Shown: positions 58,451-64,000 of the stretch, in pieces
Layout: every line of letters begins with the position of its first letter
Position numbering within the stretch: position 1 is the stretch's first letter
From: an uncultured bacterium
GTDB taxonomy: Bacteria; Planctomycetota; UBA1135; GCA-002686595
DNA: 64,000 bases
Reading direction: 5' to 3'
Assembly (NCBI GenBank): GCA_943787795.1
Contig: CALSNU010000002.1
Location: 352,001-416,000, forward strand
Position numbers and translations under genes: made by a program
The notes under the pieces: model-generated
The model's database searches: none
The model's input: the letters and a program-made list of their open reading frames with translations, nothing else
What the model was told of the DNA's origin: nothing

Positions 58451-59854
58451 ATGGAAACGGCACTCATCACCCTCGCCTACCTCACGTCGGCGGTCCTGTT
58501 CATCCTCAGCCTGCGCGGCCTCTCCAGCCAGGAGACCGCGCGCTCGGGGAACACCTACGGCATGCTCGGCATGGCCATCGCGATCTTCGCGACGGTCACC
58601 GCCGACGGCATCAACCGCTACGCGTTCATCGCGGTCGCCCTCGTCGTCGGCGCCTTCATTGGGCGCAACATGGCCGCCAAGGTCGCCATGACGGCGATGC
58701 CCGAGCTGGTCGCGCTGCTCCACAGCTTCGTGGGTCTTGCGGCGGTCCTGGTTGGCTACGCGACCTACCTGGCGCAGCCCAAGTCCGGCGCGGTCTTCGA
58801 GACGGAGATCTTCGTCGACGTCTTCATCGGCGGGATCACGTTCACCGGGTCGGTCATCGCCTATCTCAAGCTCAAGGGCAGCCTCAGCGGCAAGCCCCTG
58901 CTGCTCCCCGGCAGGCACATGCTGAACCTGGCCGCCGCCGTCGCGGCGGTGGGCATGGGCTACTGGTTCACCACCTTCGACGGCGCCGAGGGGCTCCTCC
59001 CCCTCGCCGTCATGACGGTGATCTCCTTCGCCCTCGGCGCGCACCTCGTCGCCGCCATCGGCGGCGCCGACATGCCCGTCGTCGTCTCGATGCTCAACAG
59101 CTACTCCGGCTGGACCGCCTCCGCGGCGGGCTTCATGCTCGGCTACGACATTCTCATCATCACCGGCGCCCTCGTTGGCAGCAGCGGCGCGATCCTGAGC
59201 ATCATCATGTGCAGGGCCATGAACCGCTCGATCGTGAACGTGATCTTCGGCGGGTTCGGCACCGGCGGCGGCGCTCCGGCGCCCGCGGCTGGAACCGCTG
59301 CTGCCGTGACCGGCGACATCCAGGAGACCGACGTGGCCGAGATTGTCGAGCGGCTCGCGAGCGCCAAGAGCGTCATCGTCGTGCCCGGCTACGGCATGGC
59401 GGTCGCCCGCGCCCAGCACAAGGTGCAGGAGATGACCGAGCTGCTGCGCGACCAGGGGGTCAACATCCGCTTCGGCATCCACCCCGTGGCAGGCCGCCTG
59501 CCCGGGCATATGAACGTGCTCCTGGCCGAGGCCAACGTGCCCTACGACATCGTCCTCGAGATGGACGAGCTCAACGACGACTTCGCGTCCACCGACGTCG
59601 TGCTCGTCATCGGCGCCAACGACATCGTCAACCCCAGCGCCATGACGGACGAGTCGAGCCCGATCTACGGCATGCCGGTCCTCGAGGTCTGGAACTCCGA
59701 CTTCGTCGTGATGATGAAGCGCAGCCGAGGCACGGGCTACGCCGGGGTCGACAACCCCCTCTTCGTGGAGCCCTGTACCCGGATGCTCTTCGGGGACGCG
59801 GGTGACTCCATGGACGGCATCGTGGGAGCCCTCCGCGAGCGCGCCGGCTCCTGA
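58451..59854 (+). CDS. pntB: NAD(P) transhydrogenase subunit beta
   Basis: [69 protein letters not shown]. Confidence 0.97.
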   Translation: METALITLAYLTSAVLFILSLRGLSSQETARSGNTYGMLGMAIAIFATVTADGINRYAFIAVALVVGAFIGRNMAAKVAMTAMPELVALLHSFVGLAAVLVGYATYLAQPKSGAVFETEIFVDVFIGGITFTGSVIAYLKLKGSLSGKPLLLPGRHMLNLAAAVAAVGMGYWFTTFDGAEGLLPLAVMTVISFALGAHLVAAIGGADMPVVVSMLNSYSGWTASAAGFMLGYDILIITGALVGSSGAILSIIMCRAMNRSIVNVIFGGFGTGGGAPAPAAGTAAAVTGDIQETDVAEIVERLASAKSVIVVPGYGMAVARAQHKVQEMTELLRDQGVNIRFGIHPVAGRLPGHMNVLLAEANVPYDIVLEMDELNDDFASTDVVLVIGANDIVNPSAMTDESSPIYGMPVLEVWNSDFVVMMKRSRGTGYAGVDNPLFVEPCTRMLFGDAGDSMDGIVGALRERAGS

Positions 59855-60140
59855 CCTGGCCCTGGCCCGAGCGGACGGCCGCGCTTCCCTGGAGGGAGGC
59901 GCGGCCGTCCCCGTTTGAGACGAGCACCTGCGAGCCGGGCGCTGCGCGGAGCGCTCAGCTCGCGAATTGAGCGGCGCGGGCCCCCCTGGGCACCTCCCTA
60001 CGCAGCTCAAACCCGCACGCCGCGCTCCGGCCCCTCACCGACGAATCGGGTTGCGCTACTTTCGGGCGCCGGTCCAACCGCTCGCGCCTCCCACGCGCCG
60101 CCGCAGTGGCCCGCCTCCCCCGAAGGACCCCCCCATAGAA

Positions 60141-61421
60141 ATGATGCTCCAGCACCTTCCCTACGCCCCCGCCCTCGCCGCCGCGCTCCTCGCCACCTCG
60201 GCCGCTGGCCAGTCTGTCTTCATCAACGACGACTTCGAGACCGACACGTCCGCCGACTACATCATCACGAACGACGGGACGCCCGACGGAACGCAGACGT
60301 TCGCCTACGACTACATCGCGGCGGGCATCCCGCTCGCCCCCAACTCCTCCCCCGGGGAGACCGGCGGCCTGAGGCTCACCGCCAACGACACCGCCGGGGC
60401 CAGCGACGCCTGGACCCTGTTCCACACGAACCCGATCGCCGCCGACTTCTATGTCCTGACGGTCGACGTCTGGATGAACTTCACCTCGGGTTCAGGGACC
60501 ACTGAATACGCGGAGGTCGGCGTCGGCGGCGACGGGGCGACCTACAACTCGGTCTTCCTCCCCATCGAGGGCTCAGGTGCATTCCTCGCCTTCACCGGCG
60601 ACGGAGGGTCCATCTCTGACTTCCGCTGGTTCCGCGCCGTGCCCAACACCCCCATGGGCGACTCGAACAACACGACGCTGCCCAACAACCACCCGAGCTA
60701 CCTCGGCCACGGCAGCGACGGGTCCGGGTCTTTCTTCCAGGGCCTGTTCCCATCTCCTCCCGCCACCACGGCGGGCTCGCCCGGGAACATCTGGACCACC
60801 GTCCGGGTGGAGGTGGACAACGTGGTCGGGCAGATCTCGTTCTACTTCGATGACCAGCTCACGTTCCAAGGGGACTTCGCGAACGACTTCAACGGCTTCG
60901 CCAGCCTGAGCGTCGCCGATGTCTTCTCCTCGGTGTCGACGGCGAACAACTTCACGCTGTACGACAACTTCCGCGTGGAGGTGCCCACCAACACCATCGG
61001 GGCGAATTACTGCACCGCCGCCGCCAACTCCACCGGCGCCGTCGGCGTGGTCTCCGCCGTCGGAAGCGAGTTTGTGTCGGACAACCTCGTGACCCTCTCG
61101 GCGAGCGACCTCCCCGCGAACTCGTTCGGCTTCTTCCTGACCGGCCAGAACCAGGGCTTCACCGGAAACCCCGGCGGCAGCCAGGGCAACCTGTGCCTCT
61201 CTGGCTCCATCGGTCGCTATGTGGCGGCTGGCCAGATCAAGAACTCAGGGGGCGCGGGGACCTTCGACCTCACCCTCGACCTCAACCTGACTCCAACGCC
61301 GATCGGTCTGGTCAGCATCGCCGCCGGCGAGACCTGGAACTTCCAGGCCTGGTATCGAGACGCCGTCGGTGGCGCGGCCACGTCCAACTTCTCCGACGGG
61401 CTCTCGATCGGCTTCCTCTGA
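60141..61421 (+). CDS. Secreted beta-rich protein of unknown function carrying the shared C-terminal WYRD module
   Basis: Start moved to ATG 60141; signal peptide ending TSAAG/Q. N-domain (DDFE...FAYDY...GIPLAPNS...YDNFRV) looks lectin/LamG-like; C-terminus GANYC...WNFQAWYRD...SNFSDGLSIGFL. Confidence 0.8.
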   Translation: MMLQHLPYAPALAAALLATSAAGQSVFINDDFETDTSADYIITNDGTPDGTQTFAYDYIAAGIPLAPNSSPGETGGLRLTANDTAGASDAWTLFHTNPIAADFYVLTVDVWMNFTSGSGTTEYAEVGVGGDGATYNSVFLPIEGSGAFLAFTGDGGSISDFRWFRAVPNTPMGDSNNTTLPNNHPSYLGHGSDGSGSFFQGLFPSPPATTAGSPGNIWTTVRVEVDNVVGQISFYFDDQLTFQGDFANDFNGFASLSVADVFSSVSTANNFTLYDNFRVEVPTNTIGANYCTAAANSTGAVGVVSAVGSEFVSDNLVTLSASDLPANSFGFFLTGQNQGFTGNPGGSQGNLCLSGSIGRYVAAGQIKNSGGAGTFDLTLDLNLTPTPIGLVSIAAGETWNFQAWYRDAVGGAATSNFSDGLSIGFL

Positions 61422-61470
61422 GCGTTGAGGCGGAGCGCATCACCGCGATGCGCTCCGGCGAGCGCCTGCA

Positions 61471-61513
61471 CTGAACGGCCCCGCCGCCCCCTCGGGACGG
61501 CGGGGCCGTTCAG
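61471..61513. terminator. Hairpin between convergent genes, probable bidirectional terminator
   Basis: CTGAACGGCCCCGCCG(c)CCC-ctc-GGG(a)CGGCGGGGCCGTTCAG. Confidence 0.7.
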
Positions 61514-61529
61514 CTGGATCGCGGCCGCT

Positions 61530-62720
61530 TCACGCGGCGTCCGCGTCCTCGACAGGCGTGACCCTCACCTGGACGGAGGGGCTGATCGCACCCGAGTCCG
61601 CCGAGCTGCCCAGCCGCTCCAACATGCTGACGGAGATCACGTTGCCGCGCGCAACAATGAGAGTGCCGGAGCTGGCATAGACATCCTCGTCGATGATCAT
61701 TCCGACGTGGAGCTCTCGGACGCTCATCCGCTGGACGACCCGCTCCTGGCCCGGGAGCTTTGCCGAGCCGAGGAGCTTGAGGACCCGGGAGTCGAAGCGC
61801 CCCGCGTCGCGGGCGAGGCTCGAGGCGGCTGACTCCGGTGAACGTCCACCGACCACCAGCTCGTCAAAAGCCAGCGCCGCAGAGAGCGCGCTGGCACCGA
61901 CCCGCACGGTCCTCGGCACCGGACCCAGAGCGGGATCATCCGCCCGAAGCCCCTGGTGAGCGACGATCTCTGCCACCTCCTCGAGTCGCGGGATCTTGCA
62001 CAGCAGGTCCCGTGCCACCGAGGCATGTCGACCGAGCATGCGCTCGGCGTGAGCGGAGAGCGGCTCGCCATGGGACCGCCGGTGGAGGATGTCAGGGGGC
62101 ACCGCAATGTGACCGATCTGTGAGAGCAGCGCCGCGGTCTCGAACCTCCACGAGTCCGCAAGGCCGAGGCCCGCGGCGACCTGGCCGACATAGTGCCGAA
62201 CACGGCTCGAACGCCCGAAGGTCTCGGGGCTGGAGAGGGCGAGGACCTCCACGAGCACCTCGATGCTCCCGCGGACCGTCTCCTCCAGCAGGAGGCGCTC
62301 CGCCTCGTGCAGCGCGTACTGCTCGAGGCCCGCGTCGACCGCGGTTCGGAAGGTCTGGGGCGGGCAGGGCTTGGTCAAGAAGCGGAAGATATGCCCCTGA
62401 TTGACCACCTCGATCGCGGCATCGAGGTCCGCGTTTCCTGACAGCATGAGCCGGACGGTGCTGGGCGACAGCTCCTGCGCCTGCTCCAGGAACTCGGCGC
62501 CGTTCATGTCCGGCATCTGATAGTCGCAGATCACCACGGCGAACGGCCCGTCCTGCTCGAGCGCGTCGAGACCAGCACGAGCGCCACAGGCCACCTTGAT
62601 CTCGTACGACTTGCGGTGCACCCGACGGATGCCATCGAGCAGGCTCTGCTCGTCATCTACCACGAGGATCCTCCGGCCCGAGGCGTTGCTCGAGGACGGT
62701 GCTTCGGAGTGCATTGACAT
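61530..62720 (-). CDS. Response regulator with a degenerate HD-GYP-like domain
   Basis: REC: ILVVDDE, VICDYQMP, FLTKP. HD-like region GRSSRV...AALLSQIG, with SQ in place of HD and no GYP motif. Confidence 0.85.
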   Translation of the reverse strand: MSMHSEAPSSSNASGRRILVVDDEQSLLDGIRRVHRKSYEIKVACGARAGLDALEQDGPFAVVICDYQMPDMNGAEFLEQAQELSPSTVRLMLSGNADLDAAIEVVNQGHIFRFLTKPCPPQTFRTAVDAGLEQYALHEAERLLLEETVRGSIEVLVEVLALSSPETFGRSSRVRHYVGQVAAGLGLADSWRFETAALLSQIGHIAVPPDILHRRSHGEPLSAHAERMLGRHASVARDLLCKIPRLEEVAEIVAHQGLRADDPALGPVPRTVRVGASALSAALAFDELVVGGRSPESAASSLARDAGRFDSRVLKLLGSAKLPGQERVVQRMSVRELHVGMIIDEDVYASSGTLIVARGNVISVSMLERLGSSADSGAISPSVQVRVTPVEDADAA

Positions 62721-62725
62721 CGTCC

Positions 62726-63901
62726 CTAGGCGGCCTCGGCCCCTTCAGCTCCGTTGGCTTCGTTAGCCACGTCAAACCGGCGGGCGATCGCGCGCCACTC
62801 CTCCAGGCGCCCCAGCACGCCGATGCGCTGGAGGTGATCCTCATCCATCGCCTTGGTCGCACCGTCCCGTTCAGGTTGAAGCTCGTGGGCGAGCACGTCC
62901 GCCACGTGAACCGCGGTCACGACGCCAAAGCTGTCAGGCTCCGCGGCGCCGGGGTCATGGTGGTGTCCGACGGCATCGACCACGGAGAGCGGAATGCCCC
63001 AGAGCGTCAGCAGATAGGCCCCGACGCTGGCGTGAGGCGCGGCCTCGTCGCCGCTCGTGGCCTCATCACCGACCCCGACGGAGGCGAGCACGACCCTCCC
63101 GACATCGTGGAGGAGGCCCGCGAGGAAGAACCGATCCGCGAGCTCCCGGTCGTCCGTCAGTTCACGAGCGATGTTCGCCACGAGGGACCCGTGCGCCTGC
63201 TCCCGCTCCAGCGAGAACCCCGGCTGTGATGCGGCCGCGCTGAAGCGCTGGTGCACCTCGGCTGAGAGGACGAGCATCTTCACGAGGTTCATTCCGAGGT
63301 AGGACGCCGCGTCCCGAACGCTATCGACCCGCTGTGCCACGGCGAACATGCTCGAGTTCACGAGCTGGATCAGCTTGGTGCTGATTGCCGCGTCCTCCTC
63401 GATGATCGCCGCCACTTCGTTGAGGCCTGCATCGGGGTCATTCATGACCCTCGTCAGTCGGGTGTAGATCTCCGGGACCGACGGGAGCGACCCGAGCGAC
63501 CCTGCGAGCTCCCGCATCTGGTCCGTCCCCAAGGTGAGGCGCGTACGAAACGCTCGCTCGATCGCCTTCCGAAGCTCGAGTGGATTGCACGGCTTCGAGA
63601 AGGACTGGTGAGCTAGGAGCGCCGCCGGGAGCGTCGACTTCACGCCCGCTGCCCCGGTGAGCATCAGGCGAACCGTGCCGGGAGAGCGCTCCTGAACCGC
63701 CTTGAGGACGGCCTCGCCATCCATGGGCGCCATGTTGAGGTCGGTCATCACCACGTCCGTGGGATGCTCGGCCATGAATGCGAGGGCGTCCTCCCCCCTC
63801 TGGAAGTAGTGAGAGTCCCAGTCCTTCCGCGTCGAGCGGAACTGGCGCTGGATCGCGTCGAGAACCAGCTGCTCATCGTCGATGACCACGAGCCGCTTCA
63901 T
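62726..63901 (-). CDS. Response regulator with an HDOD domain
   Basis: REC: VIDDE, TDLNMAP, SKP. HDOD: LPSVP, DAAISTKLIQLVNSSMF, AGLLHDVG, HASVGAYLLTLWGIP. Confidence 0.9.
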   Translation of the reverse strand: MKRLVVIDDEQLVLDAIQRQFRSTRKDWDSHYFQRGEDALAFMAEHPTDVVMTDLNMAPMDGEAVLKAVQERSPGTVRLMLTGAAGVKSTLPAALLAHQSFSKPCNPLELRKAIERAFRTRLTLGTDQMRELAGSLGSLPSVPEIYTRLTRVMNDPDAGLNEVAAIIEEDAAISTKLIQLVNSSMFAVAQRVDSVRDAASYLGMNLVKMLVLSAEVHQRFSAAASQPGFSLEREQAHGSLVANIARELTDDRELADRFFLAGLLHDVGRVVLASVGVGDEATSGDEAAPHASVGAYLLTLWGIPLSVVDAVGHHHDPGAAEPDSFGVVTAVHVADVLAHELQPERDGATKAMDEDHLQRIGVLGRLEEWRAIARRFDVANEANGAEGAEAA

Positions 63902-63999
63902 GAGACCGCCGCCAGCTCTCGCCCGAGGGGTAGACGAATGATGAAGGTGGTCCCCACGCCGACCTCACTCTCCACGGAGATCGTCCCGTGATGCTCCTG
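63898..63999 (-). CDS. C-terminus of a sensor histidine kinase; runs off the right edge
   Basis: Hand translation QEHHGTISVESEVGVGTTFIIRLPLGRELAAVS* is the end of a HATPase domain; ATGA overlap with the REC-HDOD gene. Confidence 0.85.
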   Translation of the reverse strand, partial: QEHHGTISVESEVGVGTTFIIRLPLGRELAAVS

Positions 64000-64000
64000 G

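Noticed and set aside
1..64000. Mobile elements, prophage, defence systems, tRNA or rRNA genes
   Set aside because: I recognised no integrase, transposase, phage, restriction or toxin-antitoxin motifs and no cloverleaf or rRNA-like sequence, and composition looks uniform by eye.

Overview
A GC-rich chromosomal window with about 49 protein-coding genes and no rRNA, tRNA, CRISPR array, transposase or phage gene that I can recognise. The style of the secreted proteins suggests a PVC-superphylum bacterium, probably a planctomycete (inference). Housekeeping content: bioB-bioF/bioD(fused)-bioA, lysA, topA, folE2, hemB, a Maf-family gene, carB, pntAB, mltA. Accessory content: an H-NOX/hybrid kinase pair divergent from a 1659-aa Cys-rich repeat surface protein, two paralogous M43 metalloproteases, a peptidoglycan turnover cluster (VanX-type dipeptidase, serine hydrolase-DUF1343/NamZ fusion, serine hydrolase, LysA, Amidase_3), several large lipoproteins, and a kinase/REC-HDOD/REC-degenerate HD signalling operon at the right edge. 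The strongest leads are: (1) a ~140-aa C-terminal module (YC...LC...Q-x-WYRD...[ST]DG, hydrophobic end) on three unrelated signal-peptide proteins, a candidate protein-sorting or anchoring domain; (2) a small Zn-ribbon/AT-hook gene with a sigma54-type promoter and three upstream dyads; (3) a ZTP-riboswitch-like leader before folE2; (4) a BioF-BioD fusion. Five single-base insertions (four in carB, one in the VanX-type gene) look like sequencing errors. All calls come from motif recognition by eye; no searches were run.
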